DNA of 64,000 nt. Source: an uncultured Candidatus Cloacimonadota bacterium (lineage in GTDB: Bacteria > Cloacimonadota > Cloacimonadia > Cloacimonadales > CAYQPF01). A model generated the notes under the pieces. It saw nothing but the letters and a program-made list of their open reading frames with translations. It ran no database searches and was not told the DNA's origin. The stretch is taken from assembly GCA_964419225.1 (NCBI GenBank), contig CAYQPF010000010.1, positions 4,134 to 68,133 of the forward strand, written 5' to 3'. Below are positions 30,308 to 40,499 of the stretch, piece after piece. Every line of letters begins with the position of its first letter. Position 1 is the first letter of the stretch. The position numbers and the translations under genes were made by a program.

Positions 30308-31172
30308 ATACTTACACGGCATCATCACGATGGTGTTATCGAGTCTGGTTTTCTCGATCATGGCTATATTTGTCAAGATGGCGGCCGGTGTTAATATCTA
30401 TTTGATAACTACGATGCGGTTTGCAACAGGCATTATTGTTGTATTGATCATTTTGAAATTAAGTAAGATGAAGCTGGATCTTAAGAATCGTAAATGGCTG
30501 ATCATCCGGGGCATCAGCGGTTCTATCTCTGTATTTATGTTTTTCTACGGGATTGTGTATATCGGATTAGGAAAGGGAACCATGCTGAACTATACCTATC
30601 CTATTTTTGCCACTCTTTTTGCTCCTTTCTTTTTGAAGGAGAAAATCAAACCTGATATTATTCTGGCAATTATCGTTGCTTTTATCGGAGTGTTTTTTCT
30701 CGTCAAACCGGATGGTCTGAACAGTTTTGACTACCGTGATCTAATGCCCTTGAGCGGAGCTGTATCGGCAGGTATAGCAATTATGAGTATCAAAAAACTA
30801 CGGGAAGATACCTCGGCTTATTCAATTTTCTTTGCTTTTTCCATGATTGGAAGTGCTATGTTTATTATCCCGGCAGTTAATAATGGCATTAATTATTCTG
30901 TCAATATTTGGGGACTCTTGTTACTGATAGGCGTTCTTTCTGCTGTTGCTCAACTGTTATTGACATATTCCTACAAATTTGTGGGAGCTGCCGAGGGAAG
31001 TATTGTCGCATTTATGGTCCCGGCGTTTAATATTGTGCTGGGAATTTTATTCTTCAATGAGAAATTTACGAGTACTATGATTTTTGGTTGTTGCCTTGTT
31101 TTTGTAGCCTGTTTATATACGATATTTAAAGAAGAGATAAGCAAAAAAATCTATCTCAGGAGTGATATATGA
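30297..31172 (+). CDS. EamA/DMT-family transporter
   Basis: About 10 TM segments arranged as two EamA-like halves. Overlaps both neighbouring genes. Confidence 0.8.
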   Translation: MKSKYLHGIITMVLSSLVFSIMAIFVKMAAGVNIYLITTMRFATGIIVVLIILKLSKMKLDLKNRKWLIIRGISGSISVFMFFYGIVYIGLGKGTMLNYTYPIFATLFAPFFLKEKIKPDIILAIIVAFIGVFFLVKPDGLNSFDYRDLMPLSGAVSAGIAIMSIKKLREDTSAYSIFFAFSMIGSAMFIIPAVNNGINYSVNIWGLLLLIGVLSAVAQLLLTYSYKFVGAAEGSIVAFMVPAFNIVLGILFFNEKFTSTMIFGCCLVFVACLYTIFKEEISKKIYLRSDI

Positions 31173-32149
31173 GAATTTTTGTATTAGGTGCCGGTAACTG
31201 GGGTACGACTTTGTCCATCCTCTTTGCAGAGAATAACGATGTATTTCTCTGGACTATAGATCATAAAGAAGCTGATGATATAAATCTTGCCCGAGAAAAT
31301 ACCAGATTTCTACCTGGTATTAAGCTGCCGGAAAATCTTATCGTGGAAGAGAAGTATTCCACGCAGTTAACAGAAAATGATTTGATAGTTTTAGCAGTTC
31401 CATCCCGCAAAATGAAGGAAGTTGCGATGGAATTGAAGTCACTTGATCTGCCTTCCTATTTGGTTGTGAATGTATCGAAAGGTGTGGAAGCCAATACTTT
31501 GAAGACAGTATATGAAACAATCAAAGAGATTTTGCCCAATGTTCACTTTGCCAATCTTTCCGGACCCACAATAGCCCGTGAGATAGCGGAAGGATTACCT
31601 GCGAAAGCAATACTTGCTTCACAGGATCTGGGGCTTCTCTTCATGCTGCAGACAGCATTGGAGAATTCTTTGCTGAAATTCGAGTTCAGTCAGGATGTGA
31701 AAGGGATAGAGTTAGCTTCTTCACTGAAAGGATTGATAGCGATTGCGGTGGGATTAGCAGAGGGATTAGGTTATAAAACCAATGTCATGGGATTGATCAT
31801 TACCTATGGATTACAGGAGTTTGCGAAAGTCATGCATTTTCTGGGAGTCAAGACTGATACGATTTATAACATTTCCGGCATTGGTGACTTGATTACGACT
31901 TGTTTATCGGAGAACAGCAGGAACAGGAATTTCGGCAAATTAATGGGTCAGGGATATACCAGAGATGCGGCTTTGAAGCTGGTAGGCATGGAAGTTGAAG
32001 GCGTATCGATGGCAAAAACGGTGCAGAAACTGGCAGCGTTTAATATTTCCATTCCTTTGATTTGTACTATAGCGAATATTATATTCAAAGATGATATAGA
32101 TGTCCGGAAAGAACTTATCGGCACGCTGAATAATATCTCCGCGTTTTAG
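31169..32149 (+). CDS. Divergent NAD(P)H-dependent glycerol-3-phosphate dehydrogenase paralog
   Basis: GAGNWGT Rossmann motif, LSGPTIAREIAEGLP, GDLITTCLSENSRNRNFG, VEGV. The GGAxKN motif is replaced by ASSLKG. Confidence 0.8.
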   Translation: MRIFVLGAGNWGTTLSILFAENNDVFLWTIDHKEADDINLARENTRFLPGIKLPENLIVEEKYSTQLTENDLIVLAVPSRKMKEVAMELKSLDLPSYLVVNVSKGVEANTLKTVYETIKEILPNVHFANLSGPTIAREIAEGLPAKAILASQDLGLLFMLQTALENSLLKFEFSQDVKGIELASSLKGLIAIAVGLAEGLGYKTNVMGLIITYGLQEFAKVMHFLGVKTDTIYNISGIGDLITTCLSENSRNRNFGKLMGQGYTRDAALKLVGMEVEGVSMAKTVQKLAAFNISIPLICTIANIIFKDDIDVRKELIGTLNNISAF

Positions 32150-32721
32150 GAACGTTGAGTTCATTATGGTGAATTATTTATCCACAGAAGAGACACAGAT
32201 TTCCACAGATTGAGAGAAGATGAATCAATAATTTCAGAACATCTGACCCGTAGTATTTAGATATGATATCAGAAAAAGCGGCAATAATCTGGGTAAAAGA
32301 GAGAAGGGATGCTTTTAGAGAGTAACCCCAAAAAGTGAGAATAATGGACTTTATGGACTATATGGACTATATGGACAGAATAAATGATTTTGGCGAAGAG
32401 AACAGAAAACGGAAAAAACTTTTCGGATTTATCTCACACAGAGGCACAGAGTTCACAGAGGGAAAAAACAGCAGTAAATTAATTTTGGGTACAAGTTAGA
32501 ATATTATCAAAATTAATAATAATCAGAAGAATAAATTTGTAAATTGCATTCACTTAGATCTTTAGACAAATGCTAATTTTTATTGAGTAAGAAGTTCTGA
32601 ATTTATTTATTTTAAAGAACCAGAGTAGTTACTTTTATTAAAGTTCGTATCAAATGACTAGAGGAGAGATTTTGTATAAACTCCTCCAGTTATAATCTGT
32701 AAAATATGCTGCATGCAATGC

Positions 32722-35064
32722 CTATTTCAATAGCATCATCTTGCGAGTTTGCTTATATTTTCCTGCTTGCATTTTATAAAAATAGACCCCGGAACTGCAA
32801 GTATTCTGGCTGGCATCTTTACCATTCCAGACAATACTGTGTTTACCGGCTGAACAGTTTTCCTGCATAAGAGTACACACTTTCTGACCTTTAACATTAA
32901 AAATTTCCAAACAGACTTTACCCGGTATGGCAAGCTCAAAGGAGATTTTTGTCGTAGGATTAAAGGGATTAGGATAAGCATTATACAAAATAGCTTCAGA
33001 AGTTGCAGGTTCAGGAATAACAGGATCATCTTCAGATACAATATTGTAAAGAGAAGGGTATCCATCGTTAACTTCAGGTGAAATATACCAAACATTAGAA
33101 AAATCCCAGCCTTCATCTGTGAAAGTCGATTGGGTTTTCATTTCGGCTGTTGTCCTACCACTTACATGATATATGTATCCTATATTAATAGCTCCGTAGC
33201 CTCCCACTAATCCAGAGGTTTGGATATCCCAAAATATATAAAACATAAAAGCACTATCATTATATCCTACATAGCCACCGTTATTATTATCTGCGGTTAC
33301 AGTTCCTGTACTGTAGCAGTTATATGTACTACTGCCAATGTTTTTTCCATAAAGTCCACCAGCTATGCTGATTCCTGAAACACTTGCTCTATTAAAACAA
33401 TTGTTAATATTACATTCTTCATTTAACCCAATAAAACCACCAGTGCACTCATTTCCTAAAACACTTCCGATACTGTAACTGCTGTTTATTGTCCCTAAAT
33501 TATGCCCCACTAAACCTCCAGTATATAAACTTCCAGCTATTTCTCCTGAAATGTGACAGTTGTATATGTTGGTATTAATGCTGTTATATCCTACCAATCC
33601 ACCTACTTCACTCACTCCAGAAACATTACCATAACAATAACAGTTGTTGATGGTTACATTTTCACAATTGTATCCCACCAAACCCCCAACAAAATTAGCT
33701 CCACTAATATTTATATTTGTAAGTCCAAGATTAGAGATAGTGGCTTGAGAAGCATAAGAAAAAAAACCAAGATAATTTTGAGTGGGACTGCTTATATTAA
33801 TATTGCTGATAGTTTTGGAATTTCCATTGAAAGATCCCATAAAATAAGGGAAATAGAAATTTGGTTCATTAGAAAGATCAAGATTATTCGCCAATATAAA
33901 ATCATGTCCTTCAAATTGAACAAAACCAAGGACATTTTTTAAATCATTGTTATTGTAAATTATACAGCGATTACTTGTATCAATGGCAAAGTAAGAATTA
34001 ATATCTAATGTTTGATTATTGGTAAGCCATTGATTAAATTGATCATTAGATAAAGCTCCCAGAGTAATTCTATGGGCCTCATTTAACAATACAGTGTTAT
34101 AATTATAGAATGAATTATGAATAGGACTATCTGTCATTTTTCCGATTAAACCACCCGGATTATCAGTAATAGATGTTACACTACCCAAGTTGTAGCTGTC
34201 ATTAATTTCTCCTGAATAAGTTACGGCAACAATTCCTCCCACAGTATTATAACCCGTAACACTTGCCGTATTGTAGCAATTGTTGATATAACATCCACCA
34301 GTTCCACATAATCCTCCAACAACAGACCCTCCACAAACTGATCCTGTATTGTAGCAACTAGTTATAGTAGTGTTTCCAAATCCTATCAATCCACCAGTAA
34401 TACTATCTCCTGTAACATCGCAAGTATTATAACAGTTAGTTATTTCACCATTAAAAACCTGCCCAATCAATCCACCAGTATATAAAAATCCGGAAACACT
34501 GCCTTCAGAGTAGCATTGTGTAACACTACCATAACTCCAACCAACAAGTCCGCCTACACTTTCGTTTCCTGCAACACTGCCCATAACAGAACAATTGAAC
34601 AGTCCCAATGGATTTTTGTAGCCAAGCAAGCCTCCTACATAATCATGTCCTGTGATGTTCAAATTGATTAGTCGCAAATTACAGATAGTGCTACTATTCG
34701 TCAAATTGCCGACCTTGCCAAACATTCCAACTATATCTGTAGTGGGACGGCTAATAAAAAGCCCTGAAATAATATGACTTTGCCCATCATATGTGCCTGT
34801 GAATCCATGATAATCTGTACCAACAGGCGTCCAGCCCTGCCCATTATCCCAGGTATTTATATCCTCGGGAAGTGTTATATCAGCTGTCTGGACATATTGT
34901 TTGTCCCATTGATTCGAATTCTGAGTCATCCAATATAGATTTTGCCAAGTAGTTATTTGATAAGGATTTGTAACAGTACCGTTCCCCAAGGGCAGTTCAG
35001 CAGTTTGAGCAGTAATTCCGGTAATTATTGTTAGAATTATTAGAAAAAATATAAAGTTTTTCAT
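32722..35064 (-). CDS. GLUG-motif repeat protein with a T9SS-type C-terminal sorting domain
   Basis: More than 12 GG(L/F/Y)(V/I)G repeats. Signal peptide. C-terminal AYPNPFNPTTKISFELAIPGKVCLEIFNVKGQKV...SGVYFYKMQAGKYKQTRKMMLLK. Start set at 35064, behind AAGGAGG. Confidence 0.8.
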   Translation of the reverse strand: MKNFIFFLIILTIITGITAQTAELPLGNGTVTNPYQITTWQNLYWMTQNSNQWDKQYVQTADITLPEDINTWDNGQGWTPVGTDYHGFTGTYDGQSHIISGLFISRPTTDIVGMFGKVGNLTNSSTICNLRLINLNITGHDYVGGLLGYKNPLGLFNCSVMGSVAGNESVGGLVGWSYGSVTQCYSEGSVSGFLYTGGLIGQVFNGEITNCYNTCDVTGDSITGGLIGFGNTTITSCYNTGSVCGGSVVGGLCGTGGCYINNCYNTASVTGYNTVGGIVAVTYSGEINDSYNLGSVTSITDNPGGLIGKMTDSPIHNSFYNYNTVLLNEAHRITLGALSNDQFNQWLTNNQTLDINSYFAIDTSNRCIIYNNNDLKNVLGFVQFEGHDFILANNLDLSNEPNFYFPYFMGSFNGNSKTISNINISSPTQNYLGFFSYASQATISNLGLTNINISGANFVGGLVGYNCENVTINNCYCYGNVSGVSEVGGLVGYNSINTNIYNCHISGEIAGSLYTGGLVGHNLGTINSSYSIGSVLGNECTGGFIGLNEECNINNCFNRASVSGISIAGGLYGKNIGSSTYNCYSTGTVTADNNNGGYVGYNDSAFMFYIFWDIQTSGLVGGYGAINIGYIYHVSGRTTAEMKTQSTFTDEGWDFSNVWYISPEVNDGYPSLYNIVSEDDPVIPEPATSEAILYNAYPNPFNPTTKISFELAIPGKVCLEIFNVKGQKVCTLMQENCSAGKHSIVWNGKDASQNTCSSGVYFYKMQAGKYKQTRKMMLLK

Positions 35065-35316
35065 CCCAGCCTCCTTATAATTAGACAATTTAGCAAAAAA
35101 TAATAATTAATGTACGATATATCTGTCAATGATCATACATGTCAATAGGAATTTTCTTGTTCAAGACTACACCGTATTGTTGTTCGTGTGTAAGAATTCC
35201 AGAAAATGTCTCTCATCCCACAGGTACTTGACACTCGAGAAATAACCACTGCCTCATATTCTGCATAGCAATGCAATCTATTAAGTTTCTTTTAGCTATT
35301 GGATATTTAACAACGT

Positions 35317-35952
35317 TTAAATTGATTCATTTATCACCACCAGCAGTTCTCCGGAGGTGAATTCGACTCGGACTTTATCTTGCAAGGCAACATTACTTAG
35401 TCCGCGGGTAGAGCCAAGTTCGAGAGTTTCGTGCATCAGGGGATATTTTAAGTTGGTGGTTTTAATGCCACAGACCTTACCATGCAAGGGTATTAAGGAT
35501 ATTGTAGTACCAGGTTCAAGATTCAGATCAAAGCTATTTCGTTTATATATTATCTTTTGTGACTCGCTTTCGAGGCTCAGTGGTATATTTTTATCAGCAT
35601 ATTTCTGCAATAACCCGACTACTCCCAGAGCATGATCAAAACGCTTATCGAGGCTGTTAATTAGAATTATTTCAGAAGGAGCCAGATCCAGAGCATATTG
35701 CAAAGCTAATTCTGTATCGGTAAAATCTTTATCCTGAGGGAAGTCAATAAAGGTTGTTTTACCCTGATAGAATTGTTTAACTGCCGAATCAAGAGAATCA
35801 AAGTCACCGATTATAGCTTTGGGAATCAGATCATTTCTAAAAAGAAATTCTGCACCCGAATCAACACCAATCAGGAGATCTTCTGTCTTTAGAGAGTGAG
35901 TACCACTAAAGAAATCAGGATAAGGGAAATAAGTGAATAAGAAAACTCTCAT
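35317..35952 (-). CDS. Thiamine pyrophosphokinase
   Basis: IIGDFDSL motif, DKDFTDTELAL, C-terminal thiamine-binding beta domain. Confidence 0.85.
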   Translation of the reverse strand: MRVFLFTYFPYPDFFSGTHSLKTEDLLIGVDSGAEFLFRNDLIPKAIIGDFDSLDSAVKQFYQGKTTFIDFPQDKDFTDTELALQYALDLAPSEIILINSLDKRFDHALGVVGLLQKYADKNIPLSLESESQKIIYKRNSFDLNLEPGTTISLIPLHGKVCGIKTTNLKYPLMHETLELGSTRGLSNVALQDKVRVEFTSGELLVVINESI

Positions 35953-36755
35953 GAAAGGGGATAGTTTTCCAATTCTTTTAAATCCTGATCCGAAATACCT
36001 CGTGGTTTACTGCCTGATTTCAGGCACAGCAAATAGATAGTGGCAGCTTTATTCATCAGATCGAGAAAGTCATAAGTTTCCCAGACATCTTTACCCATAG
36101 CAAGACAGCCATGCATTTGCCATAAGACCAGACTGTGGGTTTTAGCTTCTTCCAAAGTTGCATCTGCCAATTCTTTCGAACCAGGTGTCAGATAAGGAAC
36201 CAAACCAATTCCTTTGGGAACAAAAACCTTTACTTCGGGCATCATTTTCCAGAGCTGATCCTGTAAATGCTTTTGGTCGGCAAACTCTTCCAGGTGTGAT
36301 ATGGCAATGAGTTCTGTAGGATGTGAATGCAGGACGACTTTTTCTTCTCTATTGTTTGCTTTGAGCCAGGAATGTAAGTGTAAATGTGAGATCAATTCAG
36401 AAGTAGGGGCGAATTTCTTATAATTTGGCTGCAGGATGTAGAAGGAGTTACCATCTTCAGAGATTTGAATAATACCCAGTTCTTCGTTTACTTCTTTGTT
36501 AAAATTTCTGAATTTTGAGCCTGTTGCCGTAATAATGAAGACATTATTGGCAAGATCGGGAAAAGGAGTATCCAGTTTTGCCTGAAGGTATAGTTTTTCT
36601 GGTGCTTCGACCATATTATCGGGCAGACGCAGGGAAAGATTCCCACCGTTACGTTCGGCCCAGCCTCTGTTTACAAGAAGAGCAGCGACATCCTGGATAT
36701 CGTCGATGGCTTTAAGAGTTTCTTCATTTTTGATAAAAGTCTTAATCATTTTCAT
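35949..36755 (-). CDS. rhaD: Class II aldolase, rhamnulose-1-phosphate aldolase-like
   Basis: GWAERNGGNLSLRL, TATGSKFRN, PTSELISHL, LHSHPTELIA, HSLVLWQMHG are collinear with E. coli RhaD. Confidence 0.75.
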   Translation of the reverse strand: MKMIKTFIKNEETLKAIDDIQDVAALLVNRGWAERNGGNLSLRLPDNMVEAPEKLYLQAKLDTPFPDLANNVFIITATGSKFRNFNKEVNEELGIIQISEDGNSFYILQPNYKKFAPTSELISHLHLHSWLKANNREEKVVLHSHPTELIAISHLEEFADQKHLQDQLWKMMPEVKVFVPKGIGLVPYLTPGSKELADATLEEAKTHSLVLWQMHGCLAMGKDVWETYDFLDLMNKAATIYLLCLKSGSKPRGISDQDLKELENYPLS

Positions 36756-37782
36756 CTTCCTTCTTTAAATCTCTCAGCATTAATTCTTTGATAGCCTCGC
36801 GGGGCTCTTTGTTCATAAAAAGCACATGATATATTTGATCTATAATAGGCATATCGACCTGTAATTTTTCCTTCAGTTGGTAAATTGCTTGAGCAGTGTT
36901 AACACCTTCCACAACCATGACCATGTTTTCCAGGATCTTCTCCAGAGGTTTACCAAGACCCAGTTCATAACCAACAAATCTGTTCCGGCTGTGCATACTT
37001 ATGGCAGTAGTTATCAGATCTCCGATTCCGGATAAACCAAGAAACGTTTCAGGGTTGGCTCCCAGAAGAACACCCAGTCTTTTGATCTCGACGATGCCTC
37101 TGGTCAGGAGAGCACCTTTAGTATTGTCTCCATAACCCAAACCATCTACTATGCCGGCAGCGATTGCTACGATATTTTTGATAGCTCCGCCCAATTCCAC
37201 ACCTATGATATCTTCAGAAGTATAGACTCTGAAGTATTCATTACTCAGGATTTCCTGACCATATTTGATGGCTTTGGCATTTGTCCCGGCCAGAACAACG
37301 GCTGTAGGGACACCACGAGCTACTTCTTCGGCGTGACTTGGTCCTGATAAAGTGCTGATAATATTATGCAAACTTTCAGGTAATTCGTCGATAAGGATCT
37401 CGGAAATTCTTTTCAGGGTCTTTTCTTCCACACCTTTAGCGAGGTTAATGATCAATTCAATGCCTGAATGTTTAGTGATATAGGGGTAAATGGAATAGAC
37501 AATTTCCCGCAGGAATTTTGTCGGAACAGCAAAGATCAACACATCCAGTTTGTTATTAAAAAGCTCTTTTAGATCATTTGTGATATAAATATCGTCCTGA
37601 ATTTTAATTCCCGGCAATAGTTTGCTGTTCATTCTATGGTTCTTAACTTCGTTCACATAATCTTCATTGTATTCCCAAATTTTTACCTGATGCTTGTTGG
37701 AGCTTAAAAGGTTGGCCATTGCCAAACCCCAACTGCCTCCGCCAATGATACTAATTTTTGCCACAGCTTCCTCCTTATTCAA
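36742..37782 (-). CDS. gpsA: NAD(P)H-dependent glycerol-3-phosphate dehydrogenase (canonical copy)
   Basis: GGGSWG, LSGPSHAEEVARGVPTA, GGAIKNIVAIAAG, GDLITTAISMHSRNRFVG, VEGV. Confidence 0.93.
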   Translation of the reverse strand: MNKEEAVAKISIIGGGSWGLAMANLLSSNKHQVKIWEYNEDYVNEVKNHRMNSKLLPGIKIQDDIYITNDLKELFNNKLDVLIFAVPTKFLREIVYSIYPYITKHSGIELIINLAKGVEEKTLKRISEILIDELPESLHNIISTLSGPSHAEEVARGVPTAVVLAGTNAKAIKYGQEILSNEYFRVYTSEDIIGVELGGAIKNIVAIAAGIVDGLGYGDNTKGALLTRGIVEIKRLGVLLGANPETFLGLSGIGDLITTAISMHSRNRFVGYELGLGKPLEKILENMVMVVEGVNTAQAIYQLKEKLQVDMPIIDQIYHVLFMNKEPREAIKELMLRDLKKEDEND

Positions 37783-37898
37783 TTATTACTAATTTACAAA
37801 AATTGTAAAGTTATTTGTCTTATTTCTCTTTCATATTATTATATTTGTAAATACTTATCATCTGAATAGAGCTTATCTGATCAGATTATGGAGGAAAG

Positions 37899-38402
37899 AT
37901 GGAAAAAGAAATGGCAATCAGTTATCTGAAGAGTGCGATGAAGGCAGAATTAGACGGGATAAATATATATCAAACTGCTGCTGAAAAGACAACAGATCAG
38001 GAAGTAAAAACCTGGTTCATAGAACGAGCAAACGAGGAGAAACAGCATTTCAATTATTTGCTGCAATATTTTAATGAGATTAATGACAAACCCGGAATGG
38101 ATATGGAAGAGTTGAAGATCGAATTGAAAGATGAACCGCAGAGTATTATGTTTTCACCTAATTTTTTGAAAAGAGTAGGAGAAAAACAAATACTGTTTTC
38201 TGCGATCTCTACTTCTGTTTTGCTGGAGAAGAATGCTATTGATTTTTATACAAAATGTGCAGAATTAATTAATACAACGGCACTCCACAAACTCTTTGTT
38301 TATCTGGCAGAATGGGAAAAGAAACATTATGAAGTACTGTTAGAGATCCAAAAAGAATCTGAAACATTTTACTGGGAGCAGAATCAATTTTCTCCCTTTT
38401 GA
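37899..38402 (+). CDS. Ferritin-like/rubrerythrin-family diiron protein
   Basis: Two E...ExxH pairs (ELDGINIY...EEKQH and EKNAIDFY...EWEKKH). Confidence 0.75.
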   Translation: MEKEMAISYLKSAMKAELDGINIYQTAAEKTTDQEVKTWFIERANEEKQHFNYLLQYFNEINDKPGMDMEELKIELKDEPQSIMFSPNFLKRVGEKQILFSAISTSVLLEKNAIDFYTKCAELINTTALHKLFVYLAEWEKKHYEVLLEIQKESETFYWEQNQFSPF

Positions 38403-38531
38403 GATAAAACCCATATTTTCTTAACAAAGGATTTGACATAATATGAGGCAAAAGTATTTTGACCATGATTGGAGAGAAAATATATGGGTTTTATAATAGT
38501 AATAAGTAGGATTACTAATTTGAATATTGAG

Positions 38532-38567
38532 AAGCATTTATCAATTTTTGGTAAATGCTTTTTTTTA
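38532..38567 (+). terminator. Rho-independent terminator-like hairpin 18 nt before nadC
   Basis: AAGCATTTA / TAAATGCTT 9-bp stem with an 11-nt loop, followed by TTTTTTT. Confidence 0.55.
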
Positions 38568-38584
38568 TACTCAGGATTTGACTT

Positions 38585-39406
38585 ATGAATATAGACAAAA
38601 TTATCGAATTAAGCTTAGCTGAAGACCTTGGATATGGAGATATTACAACTACATATCTGGCTCTTCCCAGAAAGAAAAGTACAGCCTTTCTTATTGCCAA
38701 AGCAGAAGGTGTCATTGCCGGAATTGATGTCTGTTTAAGTACTTTCCGCAAACTCGATCCTCAGGTGATGACAGTTGTTTATCGCAAAGATGGAGACAGG
38801 GTTGTAAAAGGTGATACGATTGCTAAAATTGAAGGAGAGGTTTCAGCTCTTCTGCAGGCAGAGCGTACGGCTTTGAATTTCGTACAGAGAATGAGCGGGA
38901 TCGCGACTCTTACAAGTAAATATGTAGAAGCTGTTGCAGGTTTGAATGCTAAGATCCTCGACACAAGAAAAACCACACCTCTTCTCAGGCAGTTAGAAAA
39001 ATATGCTGTCAGAGTAGGCGGGGGATTTAACCATCGTTTTGGCCTTTATGATATGATCATGATCAAAGAGAATCATAACCGGGCTGCCGGATCAATCAGC
39101 AAGGCAGTGGAACTGGTTAAGAAACACAATACAAGTTATAAAATTGAAGTTGAAGTTACTAATTTGGATGAACTGAATGAAGCTTACGGCAGTGGAGTTG
39201 ACAGGATCATGCTCGATAACATGAGTTTGGCCATGATGACAGAAGCAGTTAACAGATATTCAGGTAAAGTAGAATTGGAAGCATCGGGCAATGTCACTCT
39301 TGATACTGTCAGAAGCATAGCTGAAACAGGCGTTGATTATATTTCCAGCGGGTCTTTGACCCATTCTTACAAATCATTAGACATTAGTTTATTATTTAAG
39401 GAGTAA
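38585..39406 (+). CDS. nadC: Nicotinate-nucleotide pyrophosphorylase (carboxylating)
   Basis: LAEDLGYGDITT, ERTALNF, DTRKTTP, GGGFNHRFGLYD, IMLDNM. Confidence 0.93.
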   Translation: MNIDKIIELSLAEDLGYGDITTTYLALPRKKSTAFLIAKAEGVIAGIDVCLSTFRKLDPQVMTVVYRKDGDRVVKGDTIAKIEGEVSALLQAERTALNFVQRMSGIATLTSKYVEAVAGLNAKILDTRKTTPLLRQLEKYAVRVGGGFNHRFGLYDMIMIKENHNRAAGSISKAVELVKKHNTSYKIEVEVTNLDELNEAYGSGVDRIMLDNMSLAMMTEAVNRYSGKVELEASGNVTLDTVRSIAETGVDYISSGSLTHSYKSLDISLLFKE

Positions 39407-39408
39407 AA

Positions 39409-40125
39409 ATGAACGAACAACTATCTGTTCTGATTAAAATGCAGAAGATAGATGACATCATCGGTAAAAAGGAAGAGTTGAAAAGTGCCCTGCCGAAAGA
39501 GCTCAAAGAGCTTGAGGATAATTTACACGAAGCTAATACTGTATTACAAAACTCCCAGAAGCATTTGGAAGAGAATTTAAAGCTTCAAAAAACTAAGGAA
39601 ATGGAAATAGCTGCTAACAAAGATCTCATCTATAAATACGAAAATCAGCTATTAGCCATAAAAACAAACAAAGAATACAAAGCTCTGAACAGTGAAATTG
39701 CTACATTGAAAACCAAGAACGGCAGCATAGATGACGAATTATTGCTGATCATGGAAGAAGAAAGCAAACTCAGAGCACAAGTCAAAGACGATCAATCCAA
39801 TCAGAAAAGTGCGGAAAATGATCTTAAGTCCAGAGAAGATCTGCTTAAACAGAAAATGGTAGAAGTGGAGAAAGAAATCGATCAGCTCAGAAACGACCGT
39901 AACCACTATGCCAAGTACATTCCGACCGGACTTGTCAAAAGATATGCATCTTTGATCAAGAACAAAAACCGCAAGGCTGTTGTTTGTAACGACAATAATT
40001 CCTGCAGCGGTTGCGGATTCCATATCAGACCACAGCTTCAGATAGAGCTGGAAAGGCTGGATAAGATTCACCACTGTGAAAACTGCGGGAGAATGCTTGT
40101 CGCTACTATGGAAGATAACGCATAG
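39409..40125 (+). CDS. Coiled-coil protein with a C4 zinc ribbon (COG1579/DUF164 type)
   Basis: Long heptad-rich region followed by CSGCGFHIRPQ...CENCGRML. Confidence 0.8.
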   Translation: MNEQLSVLIKMQKIDDIIGKKEELKSALPKELKELEDNLHEANTVLQNSQKHLEENLKLQKTKEMEIAANKDLIYKYENQLLAIKTNKEYKALNSEIATLKTKNGSIDDELLLIMEEESKLRAQVKDDQSNQKSAENDLKSREDLLKQKMVEVEKEIDQLRNDRNHYAKYIPTGLVKRYASLIKNKNRKAVVCNDNNSCSGCGFHIRPQLQIELERLDKIHHCENCGRMLVATMEDNA

Positions 40126-40149
40126 AGAATAGTTTCTTGTACAATATTA

Positions 40150-40176
40150 AAGCCGGTCTTGACCGGCTTTTTTTGT
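40150..40176 (+). terminator. Rho-independent terminator
   Basis: AGCCGGTCttGACCGGCT followed by TTTTTTT. Confidence 0.8.
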
Positions 40177-40499
40177 TGGGAAAATGGCATTGAACACCAA
40201 GGGAGAAGAGGGGTAAGTATAAGGATTGAGTTGGGGGAACACTGACTTACACAGACTATCACTGACTTACACCGACTAGGGAAGAGATCCGAAGCTATGT
40301 CATGGTTGAGAATAGTAAAAAGGACAAACCCGCAGGGAAATAGTAAGGAGAGAGTAGGAGAAGTTGAAAGTTGGAAATGGACTATAGGGACTATATTGAC
40401 AGTATGGACAGTATGGACCAAGCTATTTGCCAAACTTTATCTACTTTTATCTTGACATATTTAGACACAATTGTATTTTGTCTATAAATGGAGGTCAGG

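Noticed and set aside
32178-32186. Perfect DnaA box TTATCCACA, with a second near-box (TTTCCACAG) 20 nt downstream
   Set aside because: Both are units of a CACAGA word-repeat array (32182-32216). There is no cluster of further boxes, no AT-rich unwinding element that I could separate from the generally AT-rich background, and no dnaA/dnaN nearby. Most likely a by-product of the repeat, not an origin.
38481-38586. Possible 34-codon ORF (MGFIIVISRITNLNIEKHLSIFGKCFFLYSGFDL) with a GGAGAG RBS, whose TGA overlaps the nadC ATG
   Set aside because: It contains the terminator-like hairpin at 38532-38567 and has no recognisable family. A leader-peptide or attenuator role is imaginable, but I have no supporting evidence. 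Not called.
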